A DNA stretch of 64,000 nt. Source: Dehalococcoidia bacterium. GTDB lineage: Bacteria > Chloroflexota > Dehalococcoidia > SM23-28-2 > RBG-16-64-32. The translations under genes were made by a program, and so were the position numbers. The stretch covers positions 480,001 through 544,000 of the forward strand of contig CAXXTF010000001.1 of assembly GCA_963665775.2 (NCBI GenBank). Reading direction: 5' to 3'. The notes below the pieces were generated by a model. The model did not search any database. It was given only the letters and a program-made list of their open reading frames with translations, and was not told the origin of the DNA. Shown here one piece after another: positions 52,928 through 62,655 of the stretch (position 1 is the first letter of the stretch; the number at the start of each line of letters is the position of its first letter).

Positions 52928-54375
52928 TACACCCTCGCTATCTCGCGGCAGGCGGCCAGCACTGGTCGCACCTGCTCCTCTCGCCGCACTTCCGTGTAGA
53001 CGCGCATCAAGGGCTCCGTGCCGGACAGCCGAATGAGGGCCCAAGCCCCGTCCTCCAACAGAAACCGCAGCCCGTCCGTGCGGTCGTACCCGGTGACTTC
53101 GAGGCCGGCGATGCGCGTGGGCTCCAGCCCCTCGAGCCTCTCCTGAACCCGGGCGCGCTCGCCCTTCTCCATGACGGTGTCTATGCGGTCGTAGTAGTGG
53201 GCTCCCACCTTTTCGAACAGCTCCTCAATGAGCCCCTGGGGCTCCTTGCCGCGGCCGGCCATCAGCTCCAGCAGGTAGAGAGCGGAGAGGATGCCGTCCC
53301 GTTCCGGAAGGTGGCCGCGGAAGGCGAAACCGCCGGACTCCTCGCCGGCGATGAGGGCGTCGGTCTCCCGCATCTTGGGGCCGAGGTACTTGAAGCCGAC
53401 ACCCGTCTCGAAGACGGGAACGTCGTATAGCTCGCCCAGGCGGCTGACCATGCTGGTGGTGGTCACGGACTTGACGATGGGCCCCCGCAGGCCGCGCATC
53501 TCCAGTAGATGATAGGCCAGGAGGGCGAAGGTCTGGAGCTGGTTCACGAACCGCCCCTGGCCATCCACGACGCCGATGCGGTCGGCGTCGCCGTCGGTGA
53601 TCAGCCCGACCTGGGCGCCGTGACGGCGGACAGCACGACGGGTGGCGGCCAGATTGCGGGGGATGGGCTCCGGGTTGTGCATCCCCGGGAACAAAGGGTT
53701 GTGGGCAGCCCGAATCTCCCATACCTTTGTCTTCCCCCCGGACAGCAGCTCCCGCAGGTAGCCCGCGCCCGCGCCGTACATCGGATCGACCAGCACCCGC
53801 AGGTCGGCGGCGCGCAGCCCGTCGAGGTCGACCAGCTCCGAGAGGTGGGCGAGATATGCTGGTCGCGGGTCGAACATGCGCACGAGGTTCCGGCCTTGGG
53901 CGTCAGCCAGGGGAATTCGCGCCACGCCTTGAGAGAGGGCCTGCGGGATCAGAGCCTCGATGCGGTCGAGGACCGGGGGCGGCGCCGCGCCGGCGTACTC
54001 GGTGCGCACCTTGAAGCCGGAGTAGATGGCCGGGTTGTGGCTGGAGGTGATCACCACTGAGCCCGCCGCCTTCTGGGTGAGGATGGCGTATCCCACCACC
54101 GGGGTGGGGGCCGCCCGGTCGCACAGATAGACGGGGATGTCGTTGGCCGCCATCACCTCCGCCACGGCGGCGGCGAACTCCGGCGAGGCGAAGCGCGTGT
54201 CGTACCCCACCACGATGCCGGATGAGGCCAGGCCCGTCTCCCGGATGTAGAGGGCGGTCGCCTGGGCGCAGGTGCGCACGTTTTCGAATGTGAACTCGTC
54301 GCCGATGATGGCGCGCCAGCCGTCCGTGCCGAAGCGGATGGGGCTCTCGCTTAATCCGGCGGCGCGATCCATCAT
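52927..54375 (-). CDS. phosphoglucomutase/phosphomannomutase family protein
   Basis: FGTDGWR, TSSHNP, DGDADR, GEESGG and SGTEP motifs. Confidence 0.93.
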   Translation of the reverse strand: MMDRAAGLSESPIRFGTDGWRAIIGDEFTFENVRTCAQATALYIRETGLASSGIVVGYDTRFASPEFAAAVAEVMAANDIPVYLCDRAAPTPVVGYAILTQKAAGSVVITSSHNPAIYSGFKVRTEYAGAAPPPVLDRIEALIPQALSQGVARIPLADAQGRNLVRMFDPRPAYLAHLSELVDLDGLRAADLRVLVDPMYGAGAGYLRELLSGGKTKVWEIRAAHNPLFPGMHNPEPIPRNLAATRRAVRRHGAQVGLITDGDADRIGVVDGQGRFVNQLQTFALLAYHLLEMRGLRGPIVKSVTTTSMVSRLGELYDVPVFETGVGFKYLGPKMRETDALIAGEESGGFAFRGHLPERDGILSALYLLELMAGRGKEPQGLIEELFEKVGAHYYDRIDTVMEKGERARVQERLEGLEPTRIAGLEVTGYDRTDGLRFLLEDGAWALIRLSGTEPLMRVYTEVRREEQVRPVLAACREIARV

Positions 54376-54379
54376 CGGC

Positions 54380-55075
54380 TTAAGCGAGAGCCAGCTCCGT
54401 CAGCTCCCGCTCCGCTTCCTTCAGGTCCTTGAAGCTGTCTATCGAACGCCAGTACGCCTTGCTCCTGTAACCGAACAGCTTGCCCTCGTCGGAGAGAAGG
54501 GGGAAGGCGGTGTCCTCGTGGTCGCCCTTCAGGGGCAGATGGCGGAAGAACTCCGGCGATAGCACGTAGACGCCGGCGTTTATCCAGTGCGGCAGCAGCG
54601 GCTTCTCCGCGAAGGCGACGATGCGGCCGCTGCGGTCCAGGCTGGCGATGCCGTAGGGGCTGCGCAGTGGCGTGAGCATGACGGTGGCGGCGGCCTTCTT
54701 GCGCTCGTGGTAGCCAAGCAGCGGGGATAGCGGCTGGTTGGTCAGGATGTCGCCGTTCAGGGCCACGACGGTCGTCTCCTCTGGCGGCACCGGACTGTAC
54801 CCCAGGCGCAGGGCGCCGCCCCGGCCCAGGGGCTCATCCTCCAGCGAGTAGTGGACTCGTAGCCCGAAGCGCGAGCCGTCGCCGAAGTGCTCCCGGACGA
54901 TCTCCGCCTTGTAGCCGCACAACAGGATGACATCGCTCACACCTTCGCGGCGCAGCCAGTTGATCGTGTGCTCCAGAATGGGGCGGCCGGCCACCGGGAT
55001 CATCGGCTTGGGCTGCTCGTCAGTGAGGGGCCGAAGCCGCTCCCCTTCGCCGCCAGCGATTACTAGTGCGTACAT
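54380..55075 (-). CDS. sugar-phosphate nucleotidyltransferase (mannose-1-P guanylyltransferase-like)
   Basis: AGGEGERLRPLT..PKPM, EPLG.GG, NGD and EKP motifs. Confidence 0.88.
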   Translation of the reverse strand: MYALVIAGGEGERLRPLTDEQPKPMIPVAGRPILEHTINWLRREGVSDVILLCGYKAEIVREHFGDGSRFGLRVHYSLEDEPLGRGGALRLGYSPVPPEETTVVALNGDILTNQPLSPLLGYHERKKAAATVMLTPLRSPYGIASLDRSGRIVAFAEKPLLPHWINAGVYVLSPEFFRHLPLKGDHEDTAFPLLSDEGKLFGYRSKAYWRSIDSFKDLKEAERELTELALA

Positions 55076-55112
55076 CGTCTTGGCTATCGACGCCTGCTCG
55101 CGGTTCGGCAGG

Positions 55113-56300
55113 CTACGCCCGCCGCGCTTCCTCGGCCAGCCGGCCCGCGGCCCAGCGCAGCTCCTCCGCCTTATCGGTGTCCTCCCAGGGAGCGTCTATA
55201 TCCAGCCGGCCGAAGTGTCCGTAGGAGGACGTGGGCCGGTAGATTGGCCGCCGCAGTCTTAGGTCGCGGATGATCGCCCTGGGGCTCAGATCAAAGTGCT
55301 GTTTGACTAGCTCCAGGATGCCGCCGTGGTCGGTCTTATGGGTGCCGAACGTCTCCACGGAGACGCCGACGGGTTGGGGATGGCCGATGGCGTAGGAGAG
55401 CTCTACCTCCACTCTGTCGGCCAGGCCGGCGGCCACCAGGTTCTTGGCCACCCAGCGGGCAGCGTAGGAGGCCGAGCGGTCCACCTTAGAGGGGTCCTTG
55501 CCGGAGTAGGAGCCGCCGCCGTGGCGACCCACCGCGCCGTACGTATCGACGATGTTCTTGCGGCCGGAGAGGCCGGTGTCCGCCGCCGGGCCGCCCAGGA
55601 TGAAGGAGCCGCTGCGGTTCACGTGGATGTCCGTCCGCTCGTCGATCCAGTGGCCCAGAACCGGCCTGATGACCTGCTCCACCAACTCGTCCCAGAGCCG
55701 TTTCCCGGCGACATCCGGGTCGTGCTGGGCGGCGATGACCACAGACTGAACCCGCTTGGGCACTCCGAAGGAATACTCCACCGTCACCTGGGACTTGCCA
55801 TCGGGCCGCAGGTAGGGGAGGATCTCCTCCTTGCGGCATTGAGCCAGTCGCTGGCAGAGGCGGTGGGACAGGCTGATAGGCAGAGGCATCATCTCCTCCG
55901 TCTCGTTGCAGGCGAAACCGATCATAATCCCCTGGTCGCCCGCCCCTTCGTCCTCACCGACCGCGGCGGCGATCTCCCTGGACTGCTCCTTGATGGAGAC
56001 GACGACGCCGCAGGAGTCGGCGCTGAAGCCGTACTCCGGCTTGGTGTAGCCCACGTCCCGGATCACCTCCCGGGCGATGGCCGTGTAGTCCACATGGTGA
56101 TGCGTGGATATCTCGCCCAGGATGGCGACGAGGCCGGTGGTGGTGGTCACCTCACAGGCCACGTGGGCCTCCGGGTCGTGCGCTATGATCTCGTCCAGGA
56201 TGGCGTCGGCGATCTGGTCGCACAGCTTGTCCGGGTGCCCTTCGGTGACCGATTCCGAGGTCATCAGTAGCGAGGGGCTGGACATGAAGGTCATCGTCAT
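55113..56300 (-). CDS. metK: S-adenosylmethionine synthetase
   Basis: SESVTEGHPDK, GAGDQG and GGGSYSGKDPSKVDRS motifs. Confidence 0.97.
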   Translation of the reverse strand: MTMTFMSSPSLLMTSESVTEGHPDKLCDQIADAILDEIIAHDPEAHVACEVTTTTGLVAILGEISTHHHVDYTAIAREVIRDVGYTKPEYGFSADSCGVVVSIKEQSREIAAAVGEDEGAGDQGIMIGFACNETEEMMPLPISLSHRLCQRLAQCRKEEILPYLRPDGKSQVTVEYSFGVPKRVQSVVIAAQHDPDVAGKRLWDELVEQVIRPVLGHWIDERTDIHVNRSGSFILGGPAADTGLSGRKNIVDTYGAVGRHGGGSYSGKDPSKVDRSASYAARWVAKNLVAAGLADRVEVELSYAIGHPQPVGVSVETFGTHKTDHGGILELVKQHFDLSPRAIIRDLRLRRPIYRPTSSYGHFGRLDIDAPWEDTDKAEELRWAAGRLAEEARRA

Positions 56301-56315
56301 GGGCCTGCTCTCCTT

Positions 56316-57596
<1,281 letters not shown>

Positions 57597-57635
57597 TCAC
57601 TTCAGTGTTCAACTTAGCTCGCAGGCAGACCGAGG

Positions 57636-58559
57636 TCATCTTACTACCGTCTCCATCCCTTCGCGGCGGCCCCGCCAGCCGGCGATGAGCCGTCGGGTCA
57701 GGCTGGACACGCCCAGCGGCTCCCTGCGGATCAGGGGCGTCTCGTGCATGGTGCACTCCTGGCGGTAACCCAGACGCCGGTAGACCCGCACGGCCGGGCT
57801 GTTCTCCGCCTCCACCGTGAGGGTCACTAGAGGACATTCCGGGAGCAGAGCCTGGGTCACGGCGCCGGTGGCGATAGTGGCCAGACCGCGTCCCCGGAAG
57901 CGGGGATGCGTGAATACGTTGCCCACCACTGCCAGCCTCTCCGCCCGCGAGAGCACGTGGGTGCCCGCAATGGACGCCAGCGTACCGTCCTCCAAGACGC
58001 CGTAGTATACACCATCCTCGATGTGGCGCGGGCTGTAGGTTGTGGCGCCGCCCTCGGTCGAGTAAAGGCGGTTGATGCGGGCAATGTCGCTGCCTCGCAG
58101 CCTCACGGCCTCTCCGGTCGCTGGTGCGAACGAATCCAGGGCGACGGACATGCGCAGCATCGTCGCTCCTCGGGTGAGGATGAAGTACCGCTCCACCGCC
58201 GGGCGGTGCTCCGGTCGCAGGCTGCCGAAGGTGAAGCGGGGTCCCGGGTGCAGGCTTAGGACGGCGTGCAGCGCCTGCGGGTCGCCCAGGGTGAACAGGG
58301 CCGGGCCCAGCCCTCCACGGGAGTGCACGACCAGAGCTTGCCCTGAGCCTGTCGAAGGGGCGCGACCTCCCGGCCCCATTGCCGTGTACCAGTCGCTCAG
58401 CTCGAACAGGCCGGGCTCCAACTGGGCCAGGGCGTAGGCGGCGTAGGCGCGCTCCGGCGTCAGCAGGGCGCGGAGCTCATCGGGCTCCGTCAGCCGCTGC
58501 ACGGCGTAGGTGGAGCGGGTGGCCCGGCGGTCACGATGGATGGTGGTATCCACCATCAC
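57636..58559 (-). CDS. GNAT family N-acetyltransferase (C-terminal FR47-like GNAT domain)
   Basis: GNVFTHPRFRGRGLA acetyl-CoA motif; N.PA.RVYRRLGY. Confidence 0.85.
   Translation of the reverse strand: MMVDTTIHRDRRATRSTYAVQRLTEPDELRALLTPERAYAAYALAQLEPGLFELSDWYTAMGPGGRAPSTGSGQALVVHSRGGLGPALFTLGDPQALHAVLSLHPGPRFTFGSLRPEHRPAVERYFILTRGATMLRMSVALDSFAPATGEAVRLRGSDIARINRLYSTEGGATTYSPRHIEDGVYYGVLEDGTLASIAGTHVLSRAERLAVVGNVFTHPRFRGRGLATIATGAVTQALLPECPLVTLTVEAENSPAVRVYRRLGYRQECTMHETPLIRREPLGVSSLTRRLIAGWRGRREGMETVVR
58336..58359 (-). repeat. 24-bp in-frame mini-element in the GNAT gene
   Basis: + strand GCTTGCCCTGAGCCTGTCGAAGGG, 22/24 identical to the rpoC copy; encodes PSTGSGQA. Confidence 0.8.
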
Positions 58560-59437
58560 TCTTCTCCCACCTGTGCCCTGACGTAGCCGCCGATCAGGGG
58601 CTCTAGCCGCTCTTTGGTCCCCGCCGGCACCAGCTCCATAGGGGTCACCAGAGCGTTCCTAAGGGCGCTGGCGCAGGGGCATTCCCGGATCGAGGGGAGA
58701 TGCCCTAGGGCCAGGCGAACCGCTCGCTGCGATACCTCTACGTTCTTCTGAAGATTCTTCACTATCATCGCCGCCGTCACGGCGGCGTGCTCCTCGTGCC
58801 AGCAATCGTAGTCGGTGGCGGAGGCGAGGGTGGCGTAGCAGATCTCAGCCTCGCGGGCCAGCTTCGCCTCGGGCAAGGCTGTCATGCCGATAACGTCGGC
58901 CCCCCAGGTGCGGTAGAGGTGCGATTCGGTACGGGTGGAGAAGGAGGGCCCATCGATGACCACGTAGGTGCCGCCGTCGTGGACGGTGGCACCGGCCTCC
59001 CGCGCCGCGTCCGTCAGGGCATCGCTGAGGACGGGGCAGAACGGATTGGCAAAGGCGACGTGAGCCACCAGACCCTGGCCGAAGAAGGTGGAGGGCCGGC
59101 CCCGGGTGCGGTCGATGAGCTGATCCGGCGTAACCATATTCAGCGGCTCGATATCCTCTCGCAGGCTGCCCACGGCGCTGACCCCGATGATTCGCTCCAC
59201 GCCCAGGAGCTTGAGGGCATAGATGTTGGCCCGCGCCGGCAGCTCCGAGGGGAGGAGGCGATGGCCCACGCCATGTCGGGGCAGAAAGGCGATTCGCTGC
59301 CCGTCCAGCGTGCCGATGGCGATGGCGTCGCTGGGCGCCCCAAATGGCGTGTCCAGCCGCACCTCCTCCACGTCGCGGAGGCCCGGCATGCGGTAGAAGC
59401 CGCTGCCGCCGATGACGCCGACCCGTGCTTCAGGCAC
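58556..59437 (-). CDS. mtnP: S-methyl-5'-thioadenosine phosphorylase
   Basis: GVIGGSG, PRHG, AVGSL, GMT..PEAKLAREAEICY and TDYDCW motifs. Confidence 0.95.
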   Translation of the reverse strand: MPEARVGVIGGSGFYRMPGLRDVEEVRLDTPFGAPSDAIAIGTLDGQRIAFLPRHGVGHRLLPSELPARANIYALKLLGVERIIGVSAVGSLREDIEPLNMVTPDQLIDRTRGRPSTFFGQGLVAHVAFANPFCPVLSDALTDAAREAGATVHDGGTYVVIDGPSFSTRTESHLYRTWGADVIGMTALPEAKLAREAEICYATLASATDYDCWHEEHAAVTAAMIVKNLQKNVEVSQRAVRLALGHLPSIRECPCASALRNALVTPMELVPAGTKERLEPLIGGYVRAQVGEE

Positions 59438-60503
59438 CGGGGTTCGCCCCCGCCCGGCACAGGGTCGATAGCGACTGTTCGTACGGCTCCCGCGCCGCGC
59501 CGTTCTCGGTGATGATGGCGGCGACGTAACGGTGGGGGGTCACATCGAAGGCTGGATTGGCCGCCGTGACGCCCGCCGGTGCCAGGTCGCTGCCTCTGAA
59601 GGAACTGACCTCTTGCCCGGATCGCTCCTCGATAGGTATCGATTCGCCGCTGGCCAGGGAGAAGTCGATGGTGCTGGTGGGCGCCGCCACGTAGAACGGC
59701 ACACCGTTCTCCCGGGCCAGCACGGCCAGGGCGTAGGTACCGATCTTGTTAGCCACATCGCCGTTGGCAGTGATGCGGTCGGCCCCCACAACGACAGCCC
59801 CAACCTGGCCTCGCAGTAGGAGAGAGCCGGCGGCGCTGTCCACGATGAGGGTGAAAGGGATACCATCCCGCGACAGCTCCCAGGCGGTCAGACGGGCGCC
59901 CTGGAGGAGCGGGCGGGTCTCCGTGGCGTAGACGTGACGCAGCTTTCCGGTCTCCCGAGCGGAACGCACCACGCCCAGGGCGGTTCCGTAGCCGCCGGTG
60001 GCCAGTGAGCCGGCGTTGCAGTGGGTGAGCAGGGTGACGCTTTGCGGCAGCAGCGTCGATCCGTGGTTTCCGATTCGACGGTTGGCCGCGATGTCCTCCT
60101 CGTGGATGCGGCGGGCCTCCTCCACGAGGGCCCGACGGGTCGCCTCAACGTCGGCGGCCCCTCCGGCTTTCGCCAGCAGTCGGTCCAGGGCCCAGGCCAG
60201 GTTCACGGCCGTGGGTCGAGTGGCGGCCAGGTCGGCGGCGGCCTCCTTAAGCCGGGGGAGGAAGCGGGTGGGTTCGTTCCCTGGGATGGAGAGCGCGGCC
60301 AGGGCGAGGCCGTAGGCGGCAGAGATGCCGATGAGGGGTGCGCCGCGCACCCGCAGCTCTCGGATCGCCTCAGCCACCTCCCGGTAGTCGTCCGTCTCCA
60401 GCCACGCCTCCTCTTGGGGGAGCCGAGTCTGATCTATGAAGCGGACCTTGCCTTCCGGCAGCCATTCGATGGGGAGGAGGGTGTCGGTCTTGACTCCGAG
60501 CAA
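59430..60503 (-). CDS. mtnA: methylthioribose-1-phosphate isomerase
   Basis: VRGAPLIG, TRPTAVNL, THCNAGSLAT, ETRP and ANKIGTY motifs; TTG start. Confidence 0.95.
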   Translation of the reverse strand: MLGVKTDTLLPIEWLPEGKVRFIDQTRLPQEEAWLETDDYREVAEAIRELRVRGAPLIGISAAYGLALAALSIPGNEPTRFLPRLKEAAADLAATRPTAVNLAWALDRLLAKAGGAADVEATRRALVEEARRIHEEDIAANRRIGNHGSTLLPQSVTLLTHCNAGSLATGGYGTALGVVRSARETGKLRHVYATETRPLLQGARLTAWELSRDGIPFTLIVDSAAGSLLLRGQVGAVVVGADRITANGDVANKIGTYALAVLARENGVPFYVAAPTSTIDFSLASGESIPIEERSGQEVSSFRGSDLAPAGVTAANPAFDVTPHRYVAAIITENGAAREPYEQSLSTLCRAGANPGA

Positions 60504-60527
60504 AAAAAGACTCCTCCGGCGGAGGAG
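60502..60527 (-). terminator. riboswitch expression-platform terminator overlapping the mtnA SD and start codon
   Basis: Minus strand CTCCTCC-GCC-GGAGGAG-TC-TTTTTTT. Confidence 0.8.
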
Positions 60528-60544
60528 AAGCGTTCAACCTACCA

Positions 60545-60699
60545 CTCTCATCTGTCCCCGATACCGCGGGGCCGGATTTGGCACCGTTGCTCGGGAGTGC
60601 CCCGGGGCGATCCGGTTCCGAACCTTGGCTCTATCCCGGACACTCCCGGCCGGTTGCCGGGCTTCGTTGGGCCGTTCCCTCCACCGCTCTGGATAAGAG
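60545..60699 (-). promoter_or_regulatory. SAM-I (S-box) riboswitch
   Basis: CTCTTATCCAGAGCGGTGGAGGGA..GGCCC..GAAGCCCGGCAACC...GGTGCCAAATCC...AGATGAGAG; lies upstream of methionine/SAM cycle genes. Confidence 0.96.
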
Positions 60700-60723
60700 T
60701 GTGCGCCCTATTCAGTTGAACCG

Positions 60724-60753
60724 ATGGTATCTTTCGGCGGCCACCACTGTCAA
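60724..60753 (-). promoter_or_regulatory. promoter for the SAM riboswitch operon
   Basis: Minus strand TTGACA-18 nt-TACCAT. Confidence 0.6.
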
Positions 60754-60925
60754 GCCTACGGCGGCCCTGACGCTGCCCTCGGCAGGGAGGCGGAGATCAG
60801 GCGCCGCACGGGTAAAGCGCTTCGCTCCATCCCGGTAAGCGAGTAGAGTGTAGCGGGAAGGGTGGAGAACAGATGGCGTCGGCGATCGTCGGCGGTTCCT
60901 TGTCTCCGTCCTCTCTTCGCCTTAG

Positions 60926-62629
60926 CCCGAATCCACCGAAGGACACGGATGGACGGCGTGAGGACAGCGGAAGGGGGTGGGTGAGGGAGCTACAGGGGAG
61001 ATGGCCTGGGGTCTTGGGGTAGATGGGAGGCCGGCGGACGGTCTTCAGTCGCCGCACAGGGCCCCTAAGGCCCTATGCGGGAGTTGCGATGCGCGGGATG
61101 GCGAGAGGATACGCAGCAGGGGACTCTCGCGACCGGGGTGGCGCGAGATTGCGGGGACGTTGGGTCAGTTGCAGGCTGGCCGTCAGGCCGGGAATGGAAT
61201 GGCTTGCAGCCGGGCCAAGGCGCGACTGAACTGGGTTTCTCAAGGCCAGCGCCGGGGGAGATGCAAAGTGAGGCGGCGCGCCGAGCGGGTGATCCGTCCC
61301 ACGAGAGCGAAGACCCGCCGCCTGAGGGTCTTGGTGGTCACGATCTGCTGACCCAGGCCGATGCGGGCTGTCCAGCGGGCCAGGTTATGCGCCATCACCT
61401 GGACCGCCAGCCAGGCGCCGTTGGCGGCGAAGCGCCCCGACGGCATGTGGTTCAGCCCGACGCCGTACTTGAGGTCGCGTATGGCGTTCTCGACCTCGGC
61501 GTGGCGGCGATGATCGGCCTCCAGTTCCAGCGTCTCCCCATCGCGGTCGGTGATGAAGGCGTGATAGCTGTATCTGGCGAAGAGGGCGAGCTGGGAACCG
61601 GGCATCGGCTTCACCCGCCGGACAATGAGCCGCACCGGCGCGGCGTCCGGCTTGGTCTGGAACGGGGTGTAAGTCGTCTCGGCGACATCGGCGGCGCCGT
61701 CCATCCAGTAGGGAATGGGAGTCCAGTCCTCCTCTGGTATCGCCTCGATCAGGTCCCGCAGGCTGGCGCGCTGGCGGATGGTGATAGAGAAGCGGACATC
61801 CATTTCCCGGCAGGCGGCAACGACAGTGTGGGCGTAGAAGCCGCTGTCGGCCCGCACCGTGAGTTGTCCCCTGGCCCCGCCGTAGCGCACCCGCCCCACC
61901 GTCTCACGCAGGAAGTGGGCGGCGCCACGGGCGGTGTTGGCCCGGCCCTCGCGCAGCCGGGACATCAGCACCTCGCCGGTGCCGGCGGCAATGGCCAGCA
62001 GCGGGTGATAGCCGCGGGCGCCGGTATAGCCGTGGTGGCGCGCTCCCTCCTTGGCCAGTCCATAGGTTTCGCAGATGGTCGAGTCCAGGTCGATGGTCAG
62101 GGGCGAGTCGCCGGGTCCGGCCCCAGCGGCCCAGGCCCGGGCCAACAACTGGCGGCTCACGCGGTCGAGTTGACGGACATGCCCCCACCGGAAGCTGCGC
62201 AGGAAGGTCCCCAGGGTGGATGGCGCCTTGACCACGCAGCCTAGAACACCGACCGTCCCACCAGCGCGCAGCGCATCGGCGTCGTCGATGCAGTCGCCGC
62301 CTGCCAGCGCGGAAGCGACCAGCGTCAGCATCTTGTCCCCAGTGTTCGCCCGTCCCGGCGCTCCGCCGAGGTCAAGGTGATGGTCGACGAGTTCCCGCAG
62401 GCCCAGGTGCCGGGCTAGGGTGGCTGGCAGGAGCAGGCCGGCATTGGCCACCAGGCGATGGTCGTCAAAGAGGATGCGGATACGGTCGGGTTTGTTCTGT
62501 GGTAGCATCTATTGGGTGCTCCTTGTTTCCGGGCTGGTTTCTGTTCCAAAACCATTATCCCAGATTCAGAGGAGCACCCGATGGCTTCTTCAAGGACTGT
62601 CCCCAAGGCCGTCCTTCGGTGGATTCGGG
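60926..62629 (-). mobile_element. IS1380-family insertion sequence, 1704 bp
   Basis: Perfect 19-bp IRs CCCGAATCCACCGAAGGAC (60926-60944 and 62611-62629); 5-bp TSD CTTAG (60921-60925, 62630-62634); single DDE transposase. Confidence 0.92.
61240..62508 (-). CDS. IS1380 family transposase with premature TGA (frame otherwise runs to 61183)
   Basis: APSTLGTFL, IDLDST, GYHPL, VRADSGF, HR.HA.VENAIRDLK and F.AN.AW motifs. Confidence 0.9.
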   Translation of the reverse strand: MLPQNKPDRIRILFDDHRLVANAGLLLPATLARHLGLRELVDHHLDLGGAPGRANTGDKMLTLVASALAGGDCIDDADALRAGGTVGVLGCVVKAPSTLGTFLRSFRWGHVRQLDRVSRQLLARAWAAGAGPGDSPLTIDLDSTICETYGLAKEGARHHGYTGARGYHPLLAIAAGTGEVLMSRLREGRANTARGAAHFLRETVGRVRYGGARGQLTVRADSGFYAHTVVAACREMDVRFSITIRQRASLRDLIEAIPEEDWTPIPYWMDGAADVAETTYTPFQTKPDAAPVRLIVRRVKPMPGSQLALFARYSYHAFITDRDGETLELEADHRRHAEVENAIRDLKYGVGLNHMPSGRFAANGAWLAVQVMAHNLARWTARIGLGQQIVTTKTLRRRVFALVGRITRSARRLTLHLPRRWP

Positions 62630-62655
62630 CTTAGAATCCTGAACAGAGTCACGAG

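Noticed and set aside
61240-61242. Selenocysteine or recoded TGA in the transposase
   Set aside because: The position corresponds to a probable Trp, and TGA is used as a normal stop by many genes in this window
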